Below, in pieces: positions 37,429 to 47,732 of a stretch of DNA of 64,000 nucleotides (position 1 is the first letter of the stretch; every line of letters starts with the position of its first letter). The notes beneath the pieces were generated by a model. It was not told the origin of the DNA. It did no database searches and saw nothing but the letters and a program-made list of their open reading frames with translations. Source of the stretch: an uncultured Gammaproteobacteria bacterium (GTDB lineage: Bacteria; Patescibacteriota; Patescibacteriia; UBA1558; 2-01-FULL-52-15); contig CAZIOU010000003.1 in assembly GCA_964540995.1 (NCBI GenBank), positions 576 to 64,575 of the forward strand, written 5' to 3'. Both the position numbers and the translations under genes were made by a program.

Positions 37429-38274
37429 CTACTTGAAATAAACATGATCTCCAAAACGAAGATCAACATACTGGATAGTAGCAGGAATTACATTTTGGTC
37501 AAGCAGGTCACGCAGACGCTGGATCTGTGGACCAAAGGCATCGCTAGAACTGAAAAGGACGCGGTAGCCTCGTGAAGTTGAGACGATTAGCTGTCGGTCA
37601 TCATCGTTGAGGTGGAATTTGCTGATAGTAATCATGTCAGTTGGGAAATTCCAGGCCTGACGAATGGCTGACGCTTTTTCTAAATAGTCAGTACTAATCC
37701 ATTGACTGCGGTCAGAACGCTCATCAGCAATGACTACATTGGTAGGGATCGTCGTGCTAGCTAGATCTCCTAGTTGCTGCCCGCGATAATCCAATTGGGT
37801 GAAAGCTTCTGGAGTCTGTCGCACGAAGGGTAAGATACGTTCCTCGCCTTTGATGTGTAATGTATTGGGGAACTGCTTCCGTATGATTACATTCTTGAGC
37901 CAGAAATCGTCAGTTAATTGTTGCTGTAATTTTCCTGATTTAAATAAAAGAAAATTACTATTTTTAAAGATTAGCCAGCGATGCTGCTGCAAAACCGGAT
38001 TAATACGTTGATCAAGCTGCTCTCGTGGTATATCGGGTAAGCCTTCGATAGTGACGTGACTCAATGCCAGCCATGGCACCTGGAAGATACTCTGCCCGAT
38101 CAAAAATATTGCAATGATCCCCATTACTAGATAAGCGCGAGACATCGTCCTTTGGGCCGGTGGTTCGCGGTAATAGTCATAGACTTGCCGCCGACGAGGT
38201 TCGTTGGCTACACGAGTCGTATCGAGTCGGTAGAAACGATTACTAGGAGTTTGTTGACGCTTCTTCAGGAACAT
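37429..38274 (-). CDS. ftsQ: FtsQ/DivIB-like cell division protein
   Basis: TM, POTRA-like RKQFPNTL..ER, C-terminal YVDLRF. Confidence 0.75.
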   Translation of the reverse strand: MFLKKRQQTPSNRFYRLDTTRVANEPRRRQVYDYYREPPAQRTMSRAYLVMGIIAIFLIGQSIFQVPWLALSHVTIEGLPDIPREQLDQRINPVLQQHRWLIFKNSNFLLFKSGKLQQQLTDDFWLKNVIIRKQFPNTLHIKGEERILPFVRQTPEAFTQLDYRGQQLGDLASTTIPTNVVIADERSDRSQWISTDYLEKASAIRQAWNFPTDMITISKFHLNDDDRQLIVSTSRGYRVLFSSSDAFGPQIQRLRDLLDQNVIPATIQYVDLRFGDHVYFK

Positions 38275-39368
38275 ATGATGCGGGGTAATAACGGATTGAG
38301 GCGAGTAGTCACTTCATAGTTAATCGTTGCAGACCATTTGGCTAGATCATCAACTGTGATCAGTTCTTTACCATCACGACCAATCAGGGTGACGATGTCA
38401 TCAACCTTAATCTGATGCTTGGCGGGTAATGCTATCATCATGACATTCATACAAATCCTGCCCACGACTGGATAGCGCTGGCCTTTGATCAGCACTGTGG
38501 CATTATTGCTGAAGCGTCGATCGAAACCATCATAGTAACCAACCGGAATGGTGGCGATGAAGCTGTCCTTAGTCACTCGATAACTTTGGCCATAGCCAAC
38601 GGTGTCCCCGCGTTTGACGGCTTTGACTTGCAACACTTTGGTCTTCCATGACAGTACAGGCTTGAGTACTCCTCCCCGCTTCTGATCATGATAGGGTTCT
38701 AAGCCATACAGACCCAAGCCTAAACGTAAGCCTTGAACTTGATACGATGGTTGGCGCAAGACAGCGGCAGTACAAGCAATGTGATTGAGTGGGAAAATGA
38801 TATTGTCTTTGTGTAATTCATGAATGACACGTAGGAAGCGTTGAAACTGCAGATGAGTGAAATCTTGCTGGCGATTCTCGCTGTCAGCAAAATGACTAAA
38901 GATGCCTTGGATTTGTAAATTTTTTAACTTAACGATTTGTTCGATACCACCGACAGCTTGACGGTAATCGATACCGAGTCGACGCGTACCAACATCAACT
39001 TTGATCTGGGTTGACACTTTGACCCCCAGCGAATTCAAGTATTGAGCGTCGGCTAGGTCTTTGATCGGCAAGGTAATCTTGGCTCGAGCAGCGGCACGTA
39101 ATTCTGATTTCGATCGAGGCCAGAAGCCCAAAATTAAGATTGGCTTAGTTGTTTGTTTCCTGATAGCTAGTGCTTCTGATAATTCAAAGACAACAAATCC
39201 GTCTACCAACTTGTTTCGCTTGAGGCTAGAGACAATTTCCGCTTGCCCATGACCGTAGGCGTTACCTTTGACTACGGCGAAAAGTTTGGTCTGGGGATTG
39301 AGCAAACGACGAAAATAACGAACGTTGTGTTCGAGATTGCTGCGGGAGATTTCGAGCCAGCTGGTCAT
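38265..39368 (-). CDS. alr: Alanine racemase
   Basis: VVKGNAYGHG, FSHFA, VGYYDG, GRICMN, TINYE. Confidence 0.95.
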   Translation of the reverse strand: MTSWLEISRSNLEHNVRYFRRLLNPQTKLFAVVKGNAYGHGQAEIVSSLKRNKLVDGFVVFELSEALAIRKQTTKPILILGFWPRSKSELRAAARAKITLPIKDLADAQYLNSLGVKVSTQIKVDVGTRRLGIDYRQAVGGIEQIVKLKNLQIQGIFSHFADSENRQQDFTHLQFQRFLRVIHELHKDNIIFPLNHIACTAAVLRQPSYQVQGLRLGLGLYGLEPYHDQKRGGVLKPVLSWKTKVLQVKAVKRGDTVGYGQSYRVTKDSFIATIPVGYYDGFDRRFSNNATVLIKGQRYPVVGRICMNVMMIALPAKHQIKVDDIVTLIGRDGKELITVDDLAKWSATINYEVTTRLNPLLPRIICS

Positions 39369-39456
39369 CGTTAGTTATTAGTTACATGTTACTAGTTATT
39401 AGGGAAGAGCTAATGAATCAATCTGACCCTAATAACTAATACCTAATAACTGCTCG

Positions 39457-40731
39457 CTATTTAATGACTTTCTTCCCCACAAATGGCTGTAGGACATCCG
39501 GTACAACGATCGATCCGTCCGCTTGCTGATAGTTCTCGAGGATGGCGATCAAGATACGCGGTGAGGCCACCACGGTGTTATTCAAGGTATAAGGATAGAT
39601 GTTTTCGCCCTTGTCATTCTTGTAGCGTAGATTGAGTCGGCGACTCTGCCAATCGGTCAGGAAGGATAGTGAATGAGTCTCACCGTAGGCATTGCGACTG
39701 GGCATCCAGGTTTCAATATCGTACATTTTGTATTTACCAGCACCCATATCACCGGTACAGATGTGGAGCAGACGATGTGGTAAACCAAGCTCTTGGAGTA
39801 ATTCTACTGCGTAGCCGAGCATCTCTTGGAAGTACTTCTCCCCGACTTTGAGATCAGCTTCGCAAACTACGACTTGTTCAATTTTGAAAAACTCATGTAC
39901 GCGGTACAGGCCTTTGGTATCTTTGCCATAGCTGCCAACTTCGCGGCGATAGCATTGAGAAATACCACAATACTTCAAAGGTAATTCTTTGGCTGTTAAC
40001 AGTTCATCGGCACGATAGGCTAAGAGTGAGGGTTCGCTCGTGCCGGCTAAATATTTATTTTCTTTCTCATTCTGCTCACTGGTTTCATAGATTTCTTCTC
40101 GGCCAGCAGGGAAATGTCCGCTACCGGTGAGCGCCATTTCTTTGACCATGGTTGGAGTAAACATCGGGGTGAAGCCAGCTTTGACCATTTTTTGGATAGC
40201 CAGACTGATCAAGCCCCAATGCATCAAAGCCAATTCATTTTTCAAGAAATACCCGCGGAAACCAGCAACCTTCACTCCTCGATCGAAGTCTAGTAGGTCA
40301 TGAGCCAAACCTAATTCGATGTGATCTTTGATAGGGAAATCAAAATTTTTCGGTTCACCATTTTTCTGAATCTCGACATTGCTATGTTCATCAGCACCAA
40401 CAGGCGTATCTTCAGCGTAGACATTGGGTACCAGCAGCATCAGGTTAGTGTATTCGATTTCAATTTCATCGAAATGTTTCTGCAATACTTCTAACTTCGA
40501 TTTGATCTTCTTGCCCAATTCGATTAGTTCCTGATCAGGTTTGCCCTTCTGTCCGCTAATGGTAAAAGCATTGGCCTTCTTCTCTTGATTAAGCTGTTCT
40601 ATTTGACGCATCAGGTCACTACGCTGTTCGTGCAAAGCCAAGAGACGATCTAGATCGACCTGACTATTTTTGTTCTTGATAGCCAAGAGAACTTGTTCTT
40701 TGTTGGCTTGGATGAATTTGATGTCAAGCAT
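39457..40731 (-). CDS. serS: Serine--tRNA ligase
   Basis: MLDIKFI, TSE, YRREVG, RVHEFFKIEQ, LNNT, ENYQ. Confidence 0.97.
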   Translation of the reverse strand: MLDIKFIQANKEQVLLAIKNKNSQVDLDRLLALHEQRSDLMRQIEQLNQEKKANAFTISGQKGKPDQELIELGKKIKSKLEVLQKHFDEIEIEYTNLMLLVPNVYAEDTPVGADEHSNVEIQKNGEPKNFDFPIKDHIELGLAHDLLDFDRGVKVAGFRGYFLKNELALMHWGLISLAIQKMVKAGFTPMFTPTMVKEMALTGSGHFPAGREEIYETSEQNEKENKYLAGTSEPSLLAYRADELLTAKELPLKYCGISQCYRREVGSYGKDTKGLYRVHEFFKIEQVVVCEADLKVGEKYFQEMLGYAVELLQELGLPHRLLHICTGDMGAGKYKMYDIETWMPSRNAYGETHSLSFLTDWQSRRLNLRYKNDKGENIYPYTLNNTVVASPRILIAILENYQQADGSIVVPDVLQPFVGKKVIK

Positions 40732-40739
40732 AGGAGTCA

Positions 40740-40798
40740 GTATTAAGTATAGTATTAAGTATAATGTATTAAGTATGATGTATTAAGTATGATGTATG
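40740..40798. repeat. Heptamer array downstream of four-helix-bundle gene
   Basis: GTATTAA/GTATGAT/GTATAAT repeated about 8 times. Confidence 0.85.
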
Positions 40799-41170
40799 TC
40801 AGGCTTTGAGCGTTCTGATAAGACCATTGATGAGTTTATGGGTCGTTATAATTCCTTGATCAAGCAGATCATATTCGGGTTTTGTTATCTGGTTAATATC
40901 ATGACAGATATAAATTTGACTTTGAAGTTCCGTTAATGATCCGAGTGCGATAGCTAAGAGTTGAATTTTGTCTTTCTTACCCCTACGAGAAAACGATTCT
41001 GCAATATTGGAAGTGACTGATACAGTTGCACGTCGCATCTGCGATGTTAGTCCGAATCGTTCAGTGTCAGGAAAAGTCGATGTTATGCGATAAATGCGAT
41101 TTACAATTTTGGCTGCTTCTTGCCAAGCGTACAAATCTTTGAATGACGTTATCTTCTGATTGGCGCACAT
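40799..41170 (-). CDS. Four-helix-bundle protein (23S rRNA IVP / S23-like)
   Basis: SFKDLYAWQ, FP..ERFGLTSQMRRA..SV.SNIAE, IALGSL.E. Confidence 0.93.
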   Translation of the reverse strand: MCANQKITSFKDLYAWQEAAKIVNRIYRITSTFPDTERFGLTSQMRRATVSVTSNIAESFSRRGKKDKIQLLAIALGSLTELQSQIYICHDINQITKPEYDLLDQGIITTHKLINGLIRTLKA

Positions 41171-41199
41171 TATACTTCATACTTTCTACATAATACTAT
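41171..41199. repeat. Heptamer array upstream of four-helix-bundle gene, inverted relative to the downstream array
   Basis: TATACTT-CATACTT-TCTACAT-AATACT. Confidence 0.75.
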
Positions 41200-41216
41200 T
41201 CCCTGTTAACTAGTAA

Positions 41217-41870
41217 TTACTTAATAATAATTGACTCAATTTTGTCTCCCTGCTGAATTTTATTGACGATGTCCTGTCCAGCAGTGACTTGGCCAAAGAT
41301 GGTGTGTTTGTCATTTAACCATTCAGTTGGTACGTGAGTAATGAAAAATTGTGAACCGTTAGTAGCGGGGCCAGAATTGGCCATAGCGAGGACGCCTGGT
41401 TTATCGAAACGCAAGGCAGCGTTAAACTCATCTTCAAATTGATAACCAGGGCCGCCAGTGCCAGCGATGGGTAAGCGCTTAGGATTATTGTTGGAGTCGT
41501 AGACGAAATCTTTACCCGCTTCGCCCTTGGCTTGCGGGTCACCAGTCTGAATCATGAAATCAGCGATCACGCGATGAAAATAGATGCCGTTGTAGAATTT
41601 CTCGTTAGCTAATTTGATGAAGTTGGCTACGGCCTTGGGAGCTTCGTTACCGTACAATTCGACAGTGATGTCACCTTTGTTAGTCTTGATAGTCGCAGTA
41701 TTGGTCATGGTTGGCTTAGGCAAATTATTAGTTGGTTGATTGGTGTTGGCATTGATGGTGGCTAGTCCACCGGAAGGATTGTAGTCATCATTGGAAGTAA
41801 CTGGCTTAGATGGTGTACATCCAGTAAGCGCGATGAGCGCGATGAACGATAGTGTTAAGTATTTGTACAT
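41217..41870 (-). CDS. Cyclophilin-type peptidyl-prolyl isomerase (lipoprotein)
   Basis: LTGC lipobox, FHRVI, QTGDP, GGPGY, AMANSGP, GSQFFI. Confidence 0.95.
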   Translation of the reverse strand: MYKYLTLSFIALIALTGCTPSKPVTSNDDYNPSGGLATINANTNQPTNNLPKPTMTNTATIKTNKGDITVELYGNEAPKAVANFIKLANEKFYNGIYFHRVIADFMIQTGDPQAKGEAGKDFVYDSNNNPKRLPIAGTGGPGYQFEDEFNAALRFDKPGVLAMANSGPATNGSQFFITHVPTEWLNDKHTIFGQVTAGQDIVNKIQQGDKIESIIIK

Positions 41871-41871
41871 G

Positions 41872-43461
41872 TTATGTAGTGACTTCTTGGAGTCGAGTTA
41901 ATAATAAGGTTCGAGGCAAAACACTCAAGAACCAACCGGCTTTAGGGCCGCTGGTAGCATTGAGGAATGATTTGTAAATTGCTTCAAATAACTCTTTGGG
42001 TTCTATGCCTTGTGTTTCTTTGATCTCGTGTAACTTGGTATGGAAATCTTGGCCATTGAGATTATCATTGGCTTGGATATAGTGCAGGATTTCGATCAGA
42101 GCTTTCTTCTGTGATGTTGTTAAGCTCCGAGCTAGTTCTGGTACCGAATCAGTAAAGATAGTGAGGCGGAATTTGTCTGGTGAATAGGTATCCAGCCAAC
42201 GCCGAGCATAATCAGCACGATAGGTGACTTCATTTTTGTCCGCTGCAGTCAAAGCCTCACCCTTCATCTTGGCGGTTTCAACTTGCAGATCAATATGTGG
42301 CATCTGTGACAAGTAAGCGATCAAGCTGAAACGCGGTAAGAATCGTGGTTGTAATTTATCAGTCTGCGAAGGTGTGTGCGTTAACAGAAATAATCGCTGA
42401 TGATCTTCATGTGATTTAGCCCAATAATCAACCGCCAAAGTATCGTAGAAGTCATAGAGAACAGGAATGGTGTCACCATCCGGTTGGAAATCAATCTCAT
42501 GCTGTGGCTTGGCGCGCAGCATCAGCAAACGAGTCATTTCAGGTGGCAGCAAATCAGAGATGTCTTTGGCGGTCGAGCCGAGGCCTTTGGACGAGGACAT
42601 TTTCTTGCCACCCACTACCAAGAAGTTATAAGGAATATCGAAAGGATTATGATAGCCGAATATTTCCTTGGCAATCAGACTCGAGACTTCGCGAGAGCCA
42701 CCTTTGGTCGCATGATCTTTGCCTGCTCCTTCGATGTCAACGCCAATAATTTTCCATTTAGCTGCCCACTCAACTTTCCATGGTAATTTACCTTTGCCGT
42801 CGAAGGGCGAAACCTTACCTTCATGGCCACAACCTTGTGCCCATTTGACTAAGTCTGGTTCACACCGATAGGTAACGACAGCGCCGTCCCAATCTATGGC
42901 TTTGGTGGTACCAATCTTCTGACACTGTTCACAAACCAATTGTACTGGCAGCCACTCCTCACCCTTGTCAGAACCAGAGACTCGTTTGTAGATGTCGCGA
43001 ATCTTCTCGGCATTATCCAGAGCCAGACGAATCGTTTCGTTAAATTTACCTTCTAAGTATAAGGTGCTAGCGCGATACAACTCTGGCTCGAAGCCGGTAG
43101 TCTTCACTACTTTGACAAATTCATCAGCCACGTATTCGGCGAAATTAGGAAAAGCTGGATCAGGCGATGGTACGTCTTTGAGGGTGCGTCCCATGTAAGG
43201 ACGATAGACTTTCTCATCTAAATAATGAGGCAGACCGTCGAATGGATCGAAATCATTAATTTCAAATAAATACCGGCTAGCAATATTTCGCTCCTTCAGT
43301 ATCTGATCAATAATACCGTGAATCACCACTCCTCTTAGAGAGCCCACATGTACTCTACCGGACATTGTCTTCTCATCGCGGATAATTAAAGGCTGACCGC
43401 TTTTAATTTTGTCGGCCAGCTTAGCTTGGATTTCGTCGACTATTTTATCGCCCCAAAACAT
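41872..43461 (-). CDS. lysS: Lysine--tRNA ligase, class I
   Basis: [26 protein letters not shown]. Confidence 0.93.
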   Translation of the reverse strand: MFWGDKIVDEIQAKLADKIKSGQPLIIRDEKTMSGRVHVGSLRGVVIHGIIDQILKERNIASRYLFEINDFDPFDGLPHYLDEKVYRPYMGRTLKDVPSPDPAFPNFAEYVADEFVKVVKTTGFEPELYRASTLYLEGKFNETIRLALDNAEKIRDIYKRVSGSDKGEEWLPVQLVCEQCQKIGTTKAIDWDGAVVTYRCEPDLVKWAQGCGHEGKVSPFDGKGKLPWKVEWAAKWKIIGVDIEGAGKDHATKGGSREVSSLIAKEIFGYHNPFDIPYNFLVVGGKKMSSSKGLGSTAKDISDLLPPEMTRLLMLRAKPQHEIDFQPDGDTIPVLYDFYDTLAVDYWAKSHEDHQRLFLLTHTPSQTDKLQPRFLPRFSLIAYLSQMPHIDLQVETAKMKGEALTAADKNEVTYRADYARRWLDTYSPDKFRLTIFTDSVPELARSLTTSQKKALIEILHYIQANDNLNGQDFHTKLHEIKETQGIEPKELFEAIYKSFLNATSGPKAGWFLSVLPRTLLLTRLQEVTT

Positions 43462-43634
43462 AAAGTAGGTTATTAGGTTGTAGTCAGGTAGTAATTAGGG
43501 AATTTTAGCTAAATTGGGCTATTTTAGCAAGGATACTTGACAAAATCATGTAAAAATGCCAATATACTCAATTACACGTGCGATCTACGCCGTGTTAGTT
43601 CCTGAACAATTTGTACTCATTGGTTGCCTAGGGG

Positions 43635-44231
43635 GTGTCAGTGGAACTTGCCAAAGCGCTGGCCTTCGTGGCCACTGGATTTCAGTTGTGGGCCTTCTGG
43701 CTCTACAACCGTAAGATGATCGTTGATCAGCAAAATCCTAACACATCGACCTGGCTTCTGTGGGCAGTACTGACGATTCTCAATTTCACCAGCTACAGCA
43801 TTGCTAGTGGTGATATCTGGAAAAGTCTCCTGCCAATGGCCACTTCTTTCGCCTGTATCGGAACTTGTATCTTCGCCCTCCGGCGAGGCAAGTTCAAGAA
43901 GTTGTCTGGTCTCACGGACATGTTAGTCATCATTGTTGGATTGACGGCGGCGATCGTCTGGAAAGTCTACCAATCTGCCGCCTTGGGGAATGTCACATTG
44001 CAATTAGCAATTGTGATTTCCTTCATACCAACCTTCCGTGATGTACTCATCAAGGATGAAAATCCACTACCCTGGTTACTCTGGGGTGTGGCCTATGCGT
44101 TCCTACTGATCGTCGTCATCCTGCGTTGGCAACATCAGCCATGGGATCTGGTATATCCCTTGGTTGGAGTCACTTTTCACCTGGCCGTTGCATTGCTAAG
44201 CAGAGCGCGCCGTAGCCAAAAGGAGCGGTAA
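43635..44231 (+). CDS. Hypothetical multi-pass membrane protein
   Basis: About 7 TM; P..TW.LW motif; paralog of next gene. Confidence 0.7.
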   Translation: MSVELAKALAFVATGFQLWAFWLYNRKMIVDQQNPNTSTWLLWAVLTILNFTSYSIASGDIWKSLLPMATSFACIGTCIFALRRGKFKKLSGLTDMLVIIVGLTAAIVWKVYQSAALGNVTLQLAIVISFIPTFRDVLIKDENPLPWLLWGVAYAFLLIVVILRWQHQPWDLVYPLVGVTFHLAVALLSRARRSQKER

Positions 44232-44232
44232 C

Positions 44233-44820
44233 ATGAACAGCTTTCGGCAGATCTTGTCATTGGCCTCGGCGATTGTCTTTCTGATTGCCTTCGTGCCCTA
44301 TATCGTGGCCATCGTACGCCGCCAGAGTACGCCACCGTTCTTTACTTGGGCACTGTGGGCAGCGCTCGACATCGTCACTTTGGTAGCGATGATTAGTCAG
44401 GGCGCTTCACACATTTGGCTGTTCGTAGCTGCGATCTTCGGTGCTTCCACGGTTGCGTTGCTGGCGCTGAAGTACGGCGAGCGCAGTTTTAGTCGGGTTA
44501 ACATTTCCTGCAGTGTACTCGTCACGATTGCCATCATCTGCAAGATCAGTGGCGCTGGCATGATGTCGCTGGCGGCAGGATTGGTTGGTCTGATAATCGC
44601 CGGTATCCCTATGGTCGTTAATGCGTGGAAGGACCCGACTAGCGAGGATCGGAATAGTTGGATCTTGTTCGCCATTTCCAGCTGGATGGCCATGGCAGCA
44701 GCTAACCTGGATATATTGGGTGATATGCTGCCTCCTTTGACCTTTCTTCTCATCGATTCTCTGATATTGGCTATCGTTCTTTTTCGCCCGAAACGGGCCA
44801 ACGTCATCGTGAACGTTTAA
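44233..44820 (+). CDS. Hypothetical multi-pass membrane protein
   Basis: About 7 TM; P..TW.LW and P..E..W motifs. Confidence 0.7.
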   Translation: MNSFRQILSLASAIVFLIAFVPYIVAIVRRQSTPPFFTWALWAALDIVTLVAMISQGASHIWLFVAAIFGASTVALLALKYGERSFSRVNISCSVLVTIAIICKISGAGMMSLAAGLVGLIIAGIPMVVNAWKDPTSEDRNSWILFAISSWMAMAAANLDILGDMLPPLTFLLIDSLILAIVLFRPKRANVIVNV

Positions 44821-44832
44821 TCAAGAAATTAT

Positions 44833-44868
44833 ACAGGCCTCCCTTCAAAAGGAGGCCTGTTTCTTTTT
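44833..44868 (+). terminator. Intrinsic terminator
   Basis: ACAGGCCTCC...GGAGGCCTGT-TTCTTTTT. Confidence 0.75.
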
Positions 44869-44942
44869 ATCCACAAGTACGCTAGGGTAGCTAAGACACG
44901 GGTTCTTGTTCTTTCTACCTACTGAAATGCGGAGGTTTGTCC

Positions 44943-45623
44943 ATGAAACGGCTTATTACTGCCATTGTGGTGCTGTTGAGTATTCTTGTGCCCAGTTTAG
45001 CCTATTCGCTGGAATGGGCGGGTTCAGAGCCGACTATTGGTTTCAACTATCGTATTCCTGTCTACACTTCATGGGGACTTCAGGCTTCGGGTGAGCTTCG
45101 GGCAATTCCGTCTTCTGATAAAGTTTATCAGTCCTTGAGTCTGGGTGGCGGTTGGTATTGTGGCAACCGCTGGTACTATATCACCATCGGTGGCATCAGG
45201 AACTGGTTTGCTGAAGGCAACGAAGCGATGACATGGGGTTTAGTCGCCGGAACTTCTACCAGTAACGGTAACATTTGGGCCGAAGCGGACGCTCACTTCA
45301 TTGAGAGCAAGGGCTTCCCGCATCAGTATTACGGCCGTTACAGGTTTGTCAGGCTTTTTCATCCGCTGATGCTGACGGCAAATGTCGAACAGCGTAATCT
45401 CAACGAGATTCGCATCGGCCCTGGTATTGGGATATATTCCCGCGATGGTTTCTCGCTCATAGGCAAGTGGCTGGTCTGGCGCGATCTTGATACGGTCAAA
45501 ACGCCGCCCATGCATAGCGTACGGATTGAAGTTATGTGGTACTTCCCCTTGCCGGGAGAGGACGCCAAGAGACAGGCGGGTTACTCGACATATCTCGGTC
45601 AACCTCCACTTCCTCCGAAGTAG
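44943..45623 (+). CDS. Secreted hypothetical protein, beta-strand rich
   Basis: GGAGG SD; signal peptide; Gly/aromatic alternating segments. Confidence 0.6.
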   Translation: MKRLITAIVVLLSILVPSLAYSLEWAGSEPTIGFNYRIPVYTSWGLQASGELRAIPSSDKVYQSLSLGGGWYCGNRWYYITIGGIRNWFAEGNEAMTWGLVAGTSTSNGNIWAEADAHFIESKGFPHQYYGRYRFVRLFHPLMLTANVEQRNLNEIRIGPGIGIYSRDGFSLIGKWLVWRDLDTVKTPPMHSVRIEVMWYFPLPGEDAKRQAGYSTYLGQPPLPPK

Positions 45624-45834
45624 TGACCAAAACAGCGGGCGTTTCCACATCGTGGAAACGCCCGCTTTAAAATAGAAGAAAGTAGAATGTAGAAAGAAGT
45701 AAGGGAAAGAAGCTAGAGTTTGCCCTTCCCTAATAACTAATAACGAATGACGAATATCAATTCAACCAGCTAGATTGCTTCCCTCATTGTCATGGTTCTA
45801 CAAGCTCACCATGACAATTCGGTCGCAATGACAG

Positions 45835-46641
45835 TTAGGAATGCGGATTCTGCTTACCGCGATATTTCATCCAGTATTTATAGAAACTTTTGATATGTTC
45901 ACGACTGGAGCGGTGAAAGACGCTTTGCAACACTCCATTATCGGCTGATTCACGTTTGTGATAATGAGTAAATTCAGCATCAGCCACGTACCAGACTTGA
46001 TAACCAGCTTCCCAGAAACGTCGACACCAATCAGTATCTTCGAGGTATAAGAAAAAATTCTCGTCCAAAAGACCAACTCTGATCAAAGCTTCTTTGCGTA
46101 CGATCAGTGTGGCTCCCACCAACCAATCAATGGCGCGGTTAGACCGGTGATCCCACTCGCGATAGAAATAATGATCTAACCACTTGCGGCCATAAGTAGT
46201 ATCTTTGAGTGCCGTGCGTCGGAAGAACGGTAGCAATAAGCTAGGCCAGCGCGAACAGGATTCTTGCAGTTCACCATTGGGATGTACCAGACGCGGTCCA
46301 GCGATGCCGACGTTGGTATTGCGATCCATGAAATCAACCAAACGCTCGATCTCTTCTGCTCGGCGGATGGTGATATCGGGGTTGATGATGAGAATATATT
46401 TTCCTTGGGCTCGATTGATGCCGAGATTATTACCGGCAGCGTAGCCTCGATTGGCATCGGACGTGAGGAAGGTGACGCTCGGATAGTCTGGGCCCAATTC
46501 AGCAGCTAGGTTGTCTCCAGATGCATTGTCCACGACAATAATTTCCATTTCCAATGATGGTTTGAGAGACAACAAATTCTTCAGTTGGTATTTGACCAGC
46601 TGGGCAGTCTGATAGTTGACGATGATGATGGAGAGGGTCAT
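45835..46641 (-). CDS. GT2 glycosyltransferase (WbbL-like)
   Basis: SIIIVNY, VDNAS, NPD, LDENFFLYLEDTD. Confidence 0.92.
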   Translation of the reverse strand: MTLSIIIVNYQTAQLVKYQLKNLLSLKPSLEMEIIVVDNASGDNLAAELGPDYPSVTFLTSDANRGYAAGNNLGINRAQGKYILIINPDITIRRAEEIERLVDFMDRNTNVGIAGPRLVHPNGELQESCSRWPSLLLPFFRRTALKDTTYGRKWLDHYFYREWDHRSNRAIDWLVGATLIVRKEALIRVGLLDENFFLYLEDTDWCRRFWEAGYQVWYVADAEFTHYHKRESADNGVLQSVFHRSSREHIKSFYKYWMKYRGKQNPHS

Positions 46642-46648
46642 GAAGATT

Positions 46649-46724
46649 GGGGCTGGGGACTCGTTACTCGCGACTCGGACGGGCGCGTCTTCCCCTAGTA
46701 GCGAGTAACGAGTACCTAGTACCC
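46649..46724. repeat. GACTCG-family inverted heptamer element, intergenic copy
   Basis: Closely resembles the reverse complement of 52106-52221. Confidence 0.8.
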
Positions 46725-46727
46725 TTG

Positions 46728-47732
46728 TTATCTAAACCACGAAGCGAAATCGCTCGGCTTAATACTAATTAATTTACGGATATATTTGCGCTTATACACC
46801 AGTTTAGGTCGTAAGCGCCAATACTCGACTAATCCGGTAATACTAGATCCATCGACAAAAAGCAAGTACAGCCACTTGGCTAATTCATAGACCAGCATCC
46901 GTGGGAAAAATCTAATGGTCAGCGAAGAGAAACTGTTTTTCTTAATCATGGCCAGATGATTACGGTAAGACAATAGATTGATCAGCTTACGGCCGCGGCG
47001 TTCGTGTTGGCGATTCTTCTCCTGATTGCTGATCGTACGATCATGATAGGCAGCGATATCAGCCAAGACATAGTGCTCCCAGCCATTGAGGCGGAGTCGC
47101 CAAGCCAGGTCAACATCTTCTTTGTAGGCGAAGAAATCCTCGTCAAAATATTCGTATAAGTCAGGACTATTCTTCTTGGGGATTTTGGTGGCTTCCAGCG
47201 CCTGCCGGCGATACAGTACTGCCACTGCGCTCAAGCCAAAGACCTGTCCCGACTGATAGGTCTCGCTGTCGGGTAAGGTCTGATAGCGGTCGGCGACATG
47301 ATAGCGCTGGTAAATCTCCAAACCAAAAGAATCAATACTATCTGTCAGCTCGGAATTGGCGAAGTCCCAGCGTAATAATTTACCGCTGACAGAGGCAACT
47401 TCAGGATGTTGATCTAAGAATGCAACCAGACGTGAGACGTAGTTCTCTGGTAGCAAGACATCAGGATTGAGCACCAAGATATAGTCACTGTCAGACCAAT
47501 TGATAATAGCGTTATGCGCGCGGGAGAAACCGATGTTATGTCGCTGCTCCAATAACTTGCAGTTAATAGCCACCTCACGGATAGCAGCCAAGGTTCCGTC
47601 AGTTGATTCATTATCTAAAATAAACAACTGCCAATCTTTAAAGTCCTGCTTAGCAATAGCCGGCAAGACATAAGGCATATATTTCTCACTGTTGTAGGTA
47701 ACCAAACTAATGGCTACTTTGGGTTTTGTCAT
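46728..47732 (-). CDS. GT2 glycosyltransferase
   Basis: DNESTDG, LNPD, FDEDFFAYKEDVDLAWR. Confidence 0.92.
   Translation of the reverse strand: MTKPKVAISLVTYNSEKYMPYVLPAIAKQDFKDWQLFILDNESTDGTLAAIREVAINCKLLEQRHNIGFSRAHNAIINWSDSDYILVLNPDVLLPENYVSRLVAFLDQHPEVASVSGKLLRWDFANSELTDSIDSFGLEIYQRYHVADRYQTLPDSETYQSGQVFGLSAVAVLYRRQALEATKIPKKNSPDLYEYFDEDFFAYKEDVDLAWRLRLNGWEHYVLADIAAYHDRTISNQEKNRQHERRGRKLINLLSYRNHLAMIKKNSFSSLTIRFFPRMLVYELAKWLYLLFVDGSSITGLVEYWRLRPKLVYKRKYIRKLISIKPSDFASWFR

Noticed and set aside
40799-41170. Diversity-generating retroelement via an Avd-like gene
   Set aside because: No reverse transcriptase and no TR/VR pair with adenine-specific mismatches were seen.
41872-43461. Class I LysRS in a bacterium
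   Set aside because: Known patchy bacterial distribution, so not novel.
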